From positions 3,038,001-3,102,000 of the forward strand of contig OX337241.1 in the NCBI GenBank assembly GCA_946965045.2: 64,000 nt of DNA, written 5' to 3'. The notes beneath the pieces were generated by a model. It was given only the letters and a program-made list of their open reading frames with translations. It was not told where the DNA came from and ran no database searches. Of the stretch, positions 10,539 through 22,300 are shown piece after piece. Positions within the stretch are counted from its first letter, which is position 1. The number at the start of each line of letters is the position of its first letter. Source of the DNA: Epithemia pelagica. Taxonomy: Eukaryota > Protista > Bacillariophyta. The position numbers and the translations under genes were made by a program.

Positions 10539-11687
10539 ATGACAACGACACTGCAAAAGCAAGCATGGCTGTCGGGCCTTGTCCTGTTAGACGATGAGAC
10601 ACCTGAATGGAATTTCGAGGACTGGCCTCCTCTTGAGGGTGGATGGCGCTGGCATCATGCTACGGTCATAATTGATCATCCCGATAACAACAAGGAACAA
10701 ACGGTCGTCGTGTTGGGAGGTTACAGACAAGCCCCAGGTGCCACGGGTTCCGTTCTTGTATTGAATCTATCGGACCCAGACAAGCAGTGGCGAGAAGGAC
10801 CATCCATGGACAAGACACGTGCTGGACATGCCGCTGTTGTGTGCAATGGCGGCGTTTACGTAATGGGCGGATTCAATCGAGTTTGGGTGGATTCTATTGA
10901 ACGAATCGATGCCAATGATTTGCTTCGATCATCTTTGACAACCACCACCACGCATGAGAGCAGTTGGACGGCATTGACATGTCGACTTTCAACGGGCCGA
11001 GATGGATGTTGTGCTGTTGCGGTGCATGATCGATACATTGTTGTAATGGGTGGCTACAGCGATCGTCATTTGTCGTCGGTGGATATTATTGATACCAGGA
11101 ACCACACTGTCACTGAAGGACCATCCATGAATGTTCCTCGATTTTGTTGTGCCAGTGCGGTCATTGGTCACCGCATCTTTGTCGTTGGAGGTCATAACGA
11201 TGAGCATGGCTGTCTTTACACGGTGGAGTATTTGGACTATGCAACACCCTGTGACAATGATGAGACAAAAAAGGAGACTGGCTCGACGTTCATTTCTTTC
11301 TCACCCACCTGGATCACTCATTCGGAGTTGAGGCTTTCCAATTCACGAGGTTCTTGTGCAATGGTTGCCATGGGATCTTGTCTAGTGGTGGCGGGAGGAG
11401 GATGGGGCAATTCAACCGTGGAAGTGTTGGATACGAACCGCAACCGCGTTTGGAATCTCCCATCACTCGGAAATGACCGCTTTGACTGCACTATGGTGGC
11501 TGTTGCCAATCAAGTTGCCGTGATTGGTGGATGGGAGAATCCTTCCTGTACAACATTACCACTCCTGGATAGAAATTCGTGGTGTTTTCGCCGTCTCTGT
11601 GAGCAGCAATCGAACGGATGGTATCATTCTCTTGAAGGTGTGGGTATCCGAGATGCTGATATCTCACACTTCTTCACATCGACATGA
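10539..11687 (+). CDS. Kelch-repeat protein, copy K2 (stops just before the basic tail)
   Basis: Six kelch GG motifs. TGA at 11685 sits where K4 has TCA, and in-frame GCTCGTAAACGCGCA (ARKRA) follows the stop. Confidence 0.9.
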   Translation: MTTTLQKQAWLSGLVLLDDETPEWNFEDWPPLEGGWRWHHATVIIDHPDNNKEQTVVVLGGYRQAPGATGSVLVLNLSDPDKQWREGPSMDKTRAGHAAVVCNGGVYVMGGFNRVWVDSIERIDANDLLRSSLTTTTTHESSWTALTCRLSTGRDGCCAVAVHDRYIVVMGGYSDRHLSSVDIIDTRNHTVTEGPSMNVPRFCCASAVIGHRIFVVGGHNDEHGCLYTVEYLDYATPCDNDETKKETGSTFISFSPTWITHSELRLSNSRGSCAMVAMGSCLVVAGGGWGNSTVEVLDTNRNRVWNLPSLGNDRFDCTMVAVANQVAVIGGWENPSCTTLPLLDRNSWCFRRLCEQQSNGWYHSLEGVGIRDADISHFFTST

Positions 11688-11689
11688 GC

Positions 11690-14500
11690 TCGTAAACGCG
11701 CAAGGTCCAATACTCAAAGTGGTGATGAAGGGACGGATGAAGCCTAGACGTTTATTTCTCGAGTGGTTGACTTCTTTTCTACATTCGATTGCAATCCTAG
11801 AACCTAGTAAGTGGTTACTCAAAAGTAGAAAGAACATGTTGCAAGATAGAATGTGCTTGTTTGTTGTCAAAGACGTGGAAGGAACGACCAACTTTTTTGT
11901 CTCTACAAGTGGTAGTGCCACTTATGCGACCCACATCGATGTCGTACTCAACGGCAATCCGGTTTGTCCTCGCCATTCTGTGTTCATGACGATGGAATAG
12001 TGCAGAGTAGTTTTCCTGTTGGTGGCAGGGCAAATCCATACATGTTTTATGACATGACGGGTGCTGTGACTGTCAATGGTATTCGATCCTGTCGTTTCTT
12101 GGCATGGAAAGCTGTTGCTACGACACAGTTTTGCTGTGGACCACGACCATTGGTGGATCATCTCTTACCATCCAAACCTTACTTGAATAGCGCCGAGGGA
12201 GACTCTCCGCAGTAATCGGTTGCGGTATTGGTGGACTTCTTGTCTGGATTGAGTTAAGAAGTATGTGTAGTCCTTGCGGTCCTTGTTGCATCGGCATCGT
12301 ATACTCGTCTGTATGTGAACCTGGATAATGTTCTTGCTGTTCTGCTTCTGATTAAGTGCTGGTGTAAACAAGGACTCTTTGGTGTGGTTGTCGTATTATC
12401 TAGTAGAGGAATCCGCATGGGCCTTGCATGTTTCCTCGTTTCGTTTGTTGGATTGTGATAAGTCTGGAAAACCAAAAAAACTTGTACCACTCTGGCTCTT
12501 GTGGTGGTCGCTGGAGTTTGTACTTGTGGTGGTCATTGTCGCTGTTGACTCGCGTTGTTGTTTTAGGTGGTGGTTGGTTCCTCCTTCTTGGAGCCATAAA
12601 TCAATCGACGAATTAGAAGTATAGTGGTGATATTAATGTGCCATTCGTTTCGATGTGTGGGGCTGGTGGCCCTTCGTTCCAAAAAATATAAACTGGTCGA
12701 GGTAGTCGTCATTTGGTCCACCAATTGCCGATGCATCGACGGAAACCATTCATTCGCTTCAATTGGAAAATGCGAGAGGGACGACGAAACGGGATGCCTG
12801 TTGTGCATGCGACGATTGTTGTTGTTGTTGTTTCGGTCTTGTTGATGGATCGAGAATCTTTATTTTTCCATGAGCAGGACGGTTCTTCTTGCTGTTGTTG
12901 TTTGGGTTTAACTCTCGTTGTTGTTGTTACGTGCAGTCATCATCATTGTAGTGCGAGCAAATGACTGCGTGGTCTTTGGTCTTTTCCACCACGAATCACG
13001 AGTTAAGGCATCTATTGATCGTGCTCCTTGTGTCGCTTGGTTCATGGTCGAATCCGATGAATCCAATAAAAGGACGAAACGGGTGTCCGCTTCTGCTATG
13101 GTTCTTGCTAGAAATTGACAAAGGGTTGACTTGTTGTCGCCATTTCAAGCAGCAACGGGATGGCAATATTGTTCGCATTGATTCTGGAGCAGCACGAGCG
13201 GGGAACAGCCACACATTGGTGTCATTGGCAGGCGGAAACGTACCTGTCGATACTCCTCGACACACAGAAAAGCATCTCGGTCGGTGCGAGCGCATTTCTT
13301 CTTCGGAATGCGAGCCCATGGGACTATATCGTGAATGAGAAAACAGGTTGGCACAAGATTTGGCAAGGGGCATCGACCATGGTTCAGACCGGAAGTGAAA
13401 GAGGAAAACTGGAAGCACCCCGCAGTCCATACGACACCAATATTCTCTTCATTTTCTTTCTCCGCGCACCATCTATGATGTTCGAGAGCACAAATAATGC
13501 TGGTGAGATGACAGTCCTTTTGTTCTTGGATACACTCGGAGTGTTTCTTGGAATTGGCAACAGTTCTATCTGTTGTTGAAAATATCGGATCATCTTGTTG
13601 TGGAAGATCATGGTCGTGCACCGCGCCAGAAACACCTTCACGAAACAACGTCTAAGAAGGCACAGCGACTCGTTCGAAGGGTGGTCTCGGATTCGGCCAA
13701 GCATCAATTTGTGCGGTTGGGTCCTTGCATGATACATACCTGCAGTTCTCGAAACATGATCCTTGTCCATGTAGCTTCGTGACGACCCCCGTGTTGGTGG
13801 TTTATCATTGTGGTGCTGGTGGGCCGTGTTCAAAAATATAACCAACTGGTCTTATTTTGTCCTGAACCACCAATCGTCAATGCTTCGATCGAAACCATTC
13901 ATTCGTTACTATAGGCAATTACGCGAAGGAGGACAAAACCCTGGATGCCTGCTGTGCATGCGACAATTGTTGTTGTTCTTGTTGTTCGGGTCCTCTATAT
14001 GTGGATCGGAAATCCTGATTTTTCTCTTCTTGTCGTGCTCCTCAACGAACAAGCAGGACGGTAGTTCTTGTTGATGTTTGGGTGTAACTGGTTGTGGTTG
14101 TTTTTGTGTTGTCGGCATCATCGTAGCACAATCGAATGACTGTGTTACCATTGCTGCTTTCCCGCCACGAACCACGAGTTTCGACATCTGTTGGTCGTGC
14201 TCCTTGTGTGGCTTGGTTCATGGTCTCTTGTGGTCAATGAATCTGACAAAAGGACGAAACGGGTGGATTCCAATGTCCGATGATGAGAGGAGCAGTAATA
14301 GGACGAAAAGTACGACAAGCTAAAAACCTTGTGGACCCTGTTGTCCGCTTCTCTGATGGTTCTTTTTTGGAAATCGAGCATGGTTGGTTGCTGCTTCTCT
14401 ACATTCCTCGTCCGTCGTCTTGTGAAGAACGAATCATTATTGATCGAGCAAAGATGGAATGGAACCATCAAGGGGAAGGAAGAAGTCTCTGGGACTGACG
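11690..14500. repeat. Degenerate module (tail B plus minus-strand gene relics), paralogous to 32600-34050 and partly to 52400-52700
   Basis: Shared blocks include TTACTCAAAAGTAGAAAGAACATGTTGCAAGATAGAA (~11816 and ~32680), the minus-strand peptide FxTQxRQEVHQY..LL.RxSLG..QV.FGW (~12170-12280 and ~33170-33280), and CTTCTCTGATGGTTCTTTTTT.GAAATCGAGCAT (~14347 and ~33822). Confidence 0.75.
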
Positions 14501-14680
14501 CAACTGGGTCGACAGCGGTTCCATTAAACTCCTCCGCTGGGGATTACAGTATATACTCTTCTTTTTCCAGTCCACACGTCCACACCCATCCGAGCAGCCC
14601 ACTGCAATCTATTACACAGTCATCAGTGTGCTCCTTTGATCCTCATAAATGCGCTGCGGTCAACAAAAGGAAGACTGAGC

Positions 14681-15910
14681 ATGACTCTGAAAGAACAAGC
14701 ATGGCAGTCGGACCTTTTCCTTTCAGACGAGACAGCAGAATGGAATGAAAACGATTGGCCTCCTCTTCAGGGTGGATGGCGTTTTCTTCATGCTACGGTC
14801 GTACTCGATCATCTCGACAAGGAACTCCACAACGACAACAACAAGGCACAAATTGTTGTCGTGTTGGGAGGAATTCAACAACGCCGAGGCTATGTGAATT
14901 CTATTCTTTTATTGAATCTGGCAGACCCAGACAAGCAATGGCGAGAAGGGCCACCCATGAACCAGAAACGTGCTGGACATGGCGCTGTTGTGTGCAACGG
15001 AGCCGTCTACGCCATGGGAGGTCGCACAGGAGGATACCGTGATGGAGCAAATTTGGACTGCATCGAACGCATTGATGGCAACGATCTATTACAATCATCT
15101 TTAACAACAACCAGCATCACACATGAAAGCCATTGGAAAACATTGACATGTCATTTATCAACGGGCCGATGTGGATGTTGTGCTGTCGCGGTTCACAACC
15201 GATATATCGTTGTAATGGGTGGCTACAATAATCGTTATTTGTCGTCGGTGGATATTATAGATACCAGCAATGACACTGTCACTGCAGGACCAAGCATGAC
15301 TGTTCCACGACAATGGTGTGCCAGTGCGGTCATTGGCCACCGCATCTTTGTCGTTGGAGGCCATGGCGAGCATGGTTTTCTTGACACTGTGGAGTATTTG
15401 GACTATGCCAGACCGTGTGACAATCATGAGACAAAAAAGGAAACTGGTTTGACATTCATTTCCTTCTCGACCACTTGGATCACTCATTCGGAGTTGAGGC
15501 TTTCCAATGCACAAAGTTCTTGTGCAATGGTTGCCGTTGGATCTTGTCTGGTGGTTGCGGGTGGACAAGGCCATTCAACCGTGGAAGTCTTGGATACGCG
15601 CCGCAACCGCGTTTGGAATCTCCCACCATTGGATAATCACCGCGACGACTGCAGTACGGTGACTGTTGCCAATCAAGTTGCCGTGATAAGTGGCTGGGGA
15701 AGTCCTACCTGTGCGACATTACCACTACTGGACAAGCATACGTGGTGTTTTCAACGACTCTTTGACCAGCAGTTCAACATATGGTGTCTATTTCGGGAAG
15801 GAAGGAATATCCAACATGCTGATAACTCGCCTTTCCCCACCTGGACATCAGATCGTAAACGAGCAAGGCCCCACACGCACCGTGGTGATGAAGGGAAGGA
15901 TGGAACTTGA
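14681..15910 (+). CDS. Kelch-repeat protein, copy K3
   Basis: Six kelch GG motifs, start MTLKEQAWQS as in the paralogues, C-terminal RKRAR. Confidence 0.92.
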   Translation: MTLKEQAWQSDLFLSDETAEWNENDWPPLQGGWRFLHATVVLDHLDKELHNDNNKAQIVVVLGGIQQRRGYVNSILLLNLADPDKQWREGPPMNQKRAGHGAVVCNGAVYAMGGRTGGYRDGANLDCIERIDGNDLLQSSLTTTSITHESHWKTLTCHLSTGRCGCCAVAVHNRYIVVMGGYNNRYLSSVDIIDTSNDTVTAGPSMTVPRQWCASAVIGHRIFVVGGHGEHGFLDTVEYLDYARPCDNHETKKETGLTFISFSTTWITHSELRLSNAQSSCAMVAVGSCLVVAGGQGHSTVEVLDTRRNRVWNLPPLDNHRDDCSTVTVANQVAVISGWGSPTCATLPLLDKHTWCFQRLFDQQFNIWCLFREGRNIQHADNSPFPTWTSDRKRARPHTHRGDEGKDGT

Positions 15911-16600
15911 AATTTGCAACGTACTGCATGTATGTCCTAACATTAGCGGAACTATATAGCACTCAAACAGTAGTTGGATTGTTTTCTTTATGGCATTGCG
16001 AACTATAGAGATATCATGTACACCGTTGTACTAGTAGAAAATGAAAGTTACACCATCCGGCATGAAACCGCAAACAGGAGTGGAGCCAGGCCTCGGGTAG
16101 ATGTTCATGGTACCATGCCTCTCTGCTGTTGAATGGGTCGAGTTATCATGCTGTGGAAGATTATATGGCTACGTGCCCGAAACAACATGGCGCAGCGACT
16201 TATTTGGACGGTCATCTTCGTTCCGACCATGCGTTTAATTGTGTGGAGTCCGGTCCTTCTATGGCTAATGCCTGCGTAAGAGGGCAGTGCCCCGTCTTTC
16301 GATGCTCGTGGCGGTTTTGGGTGACAGGACAATTGCGAATCCTTTGGAATTTTTCGCACCGACGTGTTCGACATTTCCTCCAATACAGCAACTATTCTAT
16401 ATCATGAGGTCGGTAATTTGCTCGCAATGGACCGAACGGCAACACGGAATCGAGTCTCGTCGTTCCCACACCACAACCTTCCGAACTACGAACGCAGCCA
16501 CAAATGAAGAAGTACCTTAATTGGACGAAACTGCTGACGGCGCTATTGCCGTGGAACCGGCTGTGTTCAATTCCATCTTGGAAGTCGGAGCATTGAGGAA
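15910..16600. repeat. Tail A module, found downstream of K1, K3, K4 and K7
   Basis: GAAATTTGCAACGTA..., TAGAGATATCATGTACACCGTTGTACTAGTAGAAAA.GAAAGTTACAC and CATGGTACCATG recur at ~8005-8230, 15910-16600, 24858-25380 and 35232-35905. Confidence 0.88.
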
Positions 16601-16604
16601 GACG

Positions 16605-17085
16605 ATTCTCCCGTGTCGGATGCATGACGTAACCGTGTCGATTCAAATGACGATTTCCCCGATGACCCTTGTACATGAAATCCTCGACAAGGCCCACATA
16701 GCTCCAAACATCGGATCGAGCCGAGTAAAAGGCCACATAGACCACCAAGGCAATCTCAGTGGCACGGATCAGCCACCATTGGGTGTCATTTGTAACCATC
16801 GAGAGTTGTCGCATCTTTATGTGGAGATTTGCTGTCCGTAGATTGGAGCGATTCGAACTTGCAAACTCTCTTGCGCTCCTCGATCTATGTTGGCAACCGC
16901 CATTGTTTCCCAATGTTGGGGCTGATCCTGGGCCTCGCAATTCAATTGTCACGGATGGAAGGAGGCCACTTTCATGGTTGTTGTCCTCAATCATCGCTTC
17001 TTGAAAAGACATGTTGGTGAAATTGATTGATAAGGTCAAGTCGTCGCCGTCCTCATCTTCGCCGTCATCGTGGTCGATGCGACGG
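16605..17085. repeat. Module B, near-identical to 42455-42935 and partly to 29270-29510
   Basis: Long shared stretch TCTCCCGTGTCGGATGCATGACGTAACCGTGTCGATTCAAATGACG...GATAAGGTCAAGTCGTCGCCGTCCTCATCT. Confidence 0.88.
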
Positions 17086-17417
17086 AGTATTCCCCATGGA
17101 CGTGTGCACTATATAGCCTGTACCTACAATCTTTATCACAGTAAAAGATACTAGGTAGAAACGCTAGGAATGTTTTGTGGCGTGGAGAACAACGGGGTCG
17201 ACGACAATGGACGATGTGGAATGTGGACGGCCATATCTCAAATTCCAAGTTCCACCCCACCACCATCACAACATGCACTGCGCAACTTTACAGCAATCGA
17301 TACCGCCCCAGATGACTTTTGATGCTTACAAGAACGAGGTTGCAATGGTCAACCATGGAACAAGAGCAGTGTCAATAATAGCTCAATGGCGCATCATGGG
17401 ATCGATTTGCCGACTGA

Positions 17418-18696
17418 TTGGCTTTTTCGGACGGCACGGTGGCCAGTGTGGCCCGACAATTGCAACGTCACATCAACCAGGTCTTGTATAATGACGCCGA
17501 ACTAGAACCTGTGGCAGATAACAAGGATGAGGTGGAGTTGCAGGGCTATGCCACCACGTTGGTGTGGAAAACACCCTTTGAGTCCTTGTATCTCGACAGC
17601 AAGAAATTCAAAACAAGCACCCTGAATCCATTGGAGGCTTTGCAATGTGCCTTGGATGACTTTGAACGCGTCAATGTCGCCCTGACAGCGGGTCGACCCC
17701 TGCCAAACGACGACAAGGACAACCAACGACGACTATCGATGGAACTGCACTGGGAAGTGTCCTTGGCTTGGTAGGAAGTCGCGTGGGAACGTCGGGTCCT
17801 CTTGGTCGGATCGTCCCACTTGCAATTGGAACGACAACTCGATTCGTCATCATGGAGTATTGTGCAACAAGACGATTTCTTGTTTGGTGGACATGACACC
17901 AACAACAACAAGAACGATCAAGTGTCCCTGTTGCGCAATCACTACCTCGCCAGGCAACTCGTGCCGCGCTTTTGGGATTTGTATCACATTGGCATGACAC
18001 CGTCCGCCGAAGTGCAACCCCACGTCACGGTCCAAACGAAACGTGGTCATGAAATTCGGGAGTGGCCCGGACGATGGTACGTGACACCCACCGTGGTCGA
18101 TACCCGCATGGATCGGACGGTGCAATTGGCCCAAGTCTTGCCCAGTCATGCCTTTGGCGTGTCGGCTCTGTCGACTGTGGGACCGACCCAAGAATGGGGT
18201 GTTGTTGCAATGGCAAATTCCTCTTTCGGTCGAACTTCAGTCGCAACTCGTGTGGCCTCCCGCCACCAGCAAGGACGTTGAAGATGAGGACGAACCAGAC
18301 ACGACAGCCGAGGAGGACGAGTCGTCGTCCCCGAGTACCACGACAACTACGACGACGACAAGCATGGAACCCGCGTGTCGGTATACATGGGTGGGCCCCC
18401 GACGAGTGGCGGTCGTTCCCTTTGGTGGCACGGGGCTCCAAGATGAAGGCATTCCGGCGGAGCGACAAGCCTTGTATCAAGCCGTGATCCAAGATGGACA
18501 GTACCAACCCAAACTCACCACCGCAACAACGACTGGAACGGGTCGTCCCCAATTCACCTTTTGGAACCAGGCCTTCAAGGGCTGCTTTACGGCAAATGGA
18601 TTGGGCATGGCGGTCTATGAATGGCGACCCAATGCACTGCCCTGGCTGGCCCAAAACCATTATGTCGGGTTGGAGCTCCAAGTGCCCGAACCATAA
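17418..18696 (+). pseudogene. Interrupted SOUL haem-binding-like gene; 5' part duplicated at ~48790-49400
   Basis: Three successive frames (17418, 17802, 18148). The C-terminal part RRVAVVPFGG...ERQALY..V..DG...GRPQF...KGCFT..GLGMAVYEWRP...VGLEL resembles SOUL-family C-termini. Confidence 0.55.
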
Positions 18697-19344
18697 AACA
18701 TGTTTTTCAATAACGTCACGGAAGGATACCCCTACCAGCTATAGTATTAGTTTCGCATCCTGTGCTGATATACTCCCACAGGTAGTATAGTATTCGCATC
18801 CAAAGAATCTACGGGGCAATGCTGGAGCAATCGCAACGCCGATCTATCTCTATAACCTATTCTTATGACAAAGCCTTTGGCTCCCGAGTCCGTGAGCAAT
18901 GTTGTACCCTCCCCATTGACCATGTCAGCAATAACACTTTGATGGATCCTTTGATACCAAGTTTGGTGTGGCTTGTAGGAGTGTATTTGGCCTTTTTTTC
19001 TATGACACATTGTTGTACAATCCCGAGATAGCACAAAACAGTTCCGCAATAGACCATCTCTTTGGAACATTGTGTCACTGCACACTCGACAATACAGCTT
19101 GAGGACAATCTTGTTGCAGGTACCGGGTGTCCTAAGATAGGTTGCGGTTTTCGCTCGTCTCTTCTACAATTGACTTCAAAGTAGCATACAATGAAGGACC
19201 GCAAAGAGATTGCACACAGGAGAGCAGAAATCAGCAAAGTTTCTGTCCAAGGGAAAATGCTTTGCTATGGCTGTTTGAGTCGTTTCGAAGGTGGTCCCTC
19301 GTGATTATCAGAATCGTTCTCTCTGACCTCTGGATCCGTGGATC

Positions 19345-22300
19345 TCATGTGACAAAAGCTCTCTTGTTGGTGGTGGAGGACAGAGCCAATTGCAACGAAC
19401 GAAAGGCAAGATCCGCAATCAACTTGACGTGACTGACCAATTGTGGGTATCGGGATTCTGTTTCATGGAGTGAAAATATCACCCAGAGAACCGTTTGGTT
19501 AGACGATGGGACAATATCAGTACTGACTTTATGAACGCGCACATTCCTTACCATATACATGTTCGCCAGCAATGCTACAAATTTGCATGGTTGGTAGTTG
19601 GGTTGGGAACAGACCACAGAAATCATCAAGCCACTTCTTGGTGCTTCTAGTAATAGGTCTATCAGTGAGGCCTGTTGGCGTGCCTGGAAATGACGCACCA
19701 CTCGCTGTAGCGGGAGAAGACGGGAGGACCCAATGACATCCAGGAAAGGCATCCACAATCACTCCACTGACACCTGACCATGAGCAAACCCTCTCGTTCC
19801 GCGCCAAAGCACACAATAGTTCAGCAATACACCATTTCTTTTGAACATAGTGTGTCGATGCCACACAAACCACAACTCGCGCTGTAAGAGCGTTCGTCAA
19901 CATGGTAACAAGCGGATCAGACTGTTGTCCGGCATGCATTGTTTTTTCCGCCACAAAGATTTTGAGTGTGTTACCACAACCAGCCGCGTTTTGCAGCTCA
20001 CGCTCCAACCTGGTTACATAGTCAAACTCACGCTCTTTCCGAACTTCCCCCGCAAAAGAAATGAAAATGTCGTGTTCCGGTTTTTGGTTTGCAGACGGTA
20101 GAATTTTTAGCATCATCTTTGCCACCTCGATTCCAAAAGTTATAATCTGTTGAAGTTTCTCCAATCTATGCGGATTCAAATGTTTCAGGTCCTCCATCCC
20201 TGGTACCATCTGAAGTCGGATCTTGTTGATTCTTCCAAGCGCGTCAGATACTTTTAGGAGCTGTTTCCCAAGTTCGGCAAAGTCCATCGAAGACATCGTA
20301 TCTAATTTGACGATCAATGATGTACCATGTTGAATGGCCAACGTGAGAAATGTATCCAAACACTGCTGTTTGTTACCAATTTGTGCAACAATCTCTCCCT
20401 GTCCGCTGCTGCCCATGGTAGCCGACGACAACTCATACTTGGTCTTGATGATAATACTGTCGTCCTGGATGCTTCCGATGTTCGTGGCCTCAGAGCAACC
20501 GGCTGTCAACAACAACGGGCGGTTAGGCGACCTGTATTGAATAGATTCCCAAAATGGATTAGCATGTGTAATCCCTACGACAGCCTGTGCTCCAAGCTGT
20601 GGTTGATCGTTGTGCCGCATATCCAATGTATGCCAATTGGAGATCTTTTGCAAGGCTTCCGAAAGCTGCTTAAAATCATGATCAGACATGTTCGCATTTC
20701 CAACATCTATCAAACGCCACCCCGAGTGTTGCTGTAGTGCGGTGGACAGTGAAATCACTCCATCGTCTCCAACATCAGTATGTGCCAATCGCAAGTGTCG
20801 CCATGTCTTTGATGTCCCCAGAGCTAGTGATAAAGCTTTGAGACCAATATCGGACATGTTGGTGAACCCGAGATCAAGAGTATGCCACGATTGACGCGCA
20901 ATACCCCAAACCAAGTCGATCACTCCTTCACCAGTGACCATTGGCATGTTGGAAACGGAAAAACTTGACCACGTGGTGTTAAGAGACAACGCCATTCCCA
21001 TTACATGTGCTCCCCGTTGGCCGATCTTGATATGGGACAGATCTATACAGCGCCACTTTGGATTGCTGTTCATCCCATTGACCAGCGATTGTACGCCAAT
21101 ATCATCAAGATCTGAATTGGCCAGGTCCAAGATTTGCCAGTTTGTGTTCCTTTGCAACATCTCCGCAATGGCATTGGCTCCGTCCTTCCCAATATCCAGA
21201 TGACTCAACGAGAAACGAACCCAATGGGCGTTGCCCTGTCGTCTGGATGCAAGAGCGGCCGTTGATACGGAAGCACTGGTGCTGTCAATGTTCGCTGCCG
21301 TTGTACCATCACCTTGGATTGACTGGATCATTCCAAGGGCTGCGGGAAAGGTCAACCGTGGCGTGTGGTGCAGTGAAATGGTCCGAGGAATGGTAAACCG
21401 TCGACCGACACGGAGTGCCCGATTTGAAGCCAGCATGCACAAATCCATCGATTGCCAGCATTGTCCCAAATACTCTGCCATTTCCAGGGCATCGGTTGCT
21501 TTGACGTGATTGGTAAGGAATAAATTCGTAATGGTTTCTACCCTCACTCCAATTTCGTGTGGATGGTCCTGAAGCAGAAATGGTAGGTGCTCCATGGGGT
21601 TGGTGTAGCCATTCGTGATCGGAAACCAAAGTACCAGAGACTTCCAATTCTTCTCCAATCGTTGGAGGATGCCCGGAACAACCTTGAGCCACGGCTCAAG
21701 TTCACTATCCCATACATGTAAAACAAACCGTTCCCAGCTTGGTGACGTTTTTAGTAGATTGGCCAACATTTCAACCCCTTGGTCGGGAGTGCTTTTAGGG
21801 AGTCTCAAAATAAAATATTTCCAACACTTTTGTTCACGGAGAGCCTCGGTAACTATCTCGACATGTTTTGTCTTGTCCAAATCCAGATCAAACACTCGCC
21901 ATGCAGTGAGTGGGCAACGGATCCCAGTCCTCCATCAAAATCAAAATGAGATGGACATCTATAGCGAAATGTTTCCCAGCATTGATTGCAACGCAAGGCA
22001 TATGACAATGCTTCCAATTCACAGTCGTCGATCAGAGCTGGCTTATCAAGTAGTGAGCCCTCAAGCTGAAATGATTTCCATGTCTTATTTTCACTCAAGG
22101 CTCCGCACAAGGCTTTGACTCCATTCATAGAGGAAACCAGTACGCGCCAGAAGCTGAATGTCTTCCAGTGGGAGTTTTGCTGGAGTGCTTCTGCCAGAGT
22201 TCTTATTGCTTCATCTTGAAGATTTGTACCAAGCACCAGCGACTGCCAAACATGATTATGGCTCAAAGCGCCAGCCAGTGCTTTCAATTCACTCGATCCC

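Noticed and set aside
16392-17039. 215-aa ORF and its 210-aa counterpart at 42171..42803
   Set aside because: They cross module junctions (and an LTR in the second case), differ in frame at both ends, and show no recognisable domain. Probably chance ORFs in duplicated relic DNA.
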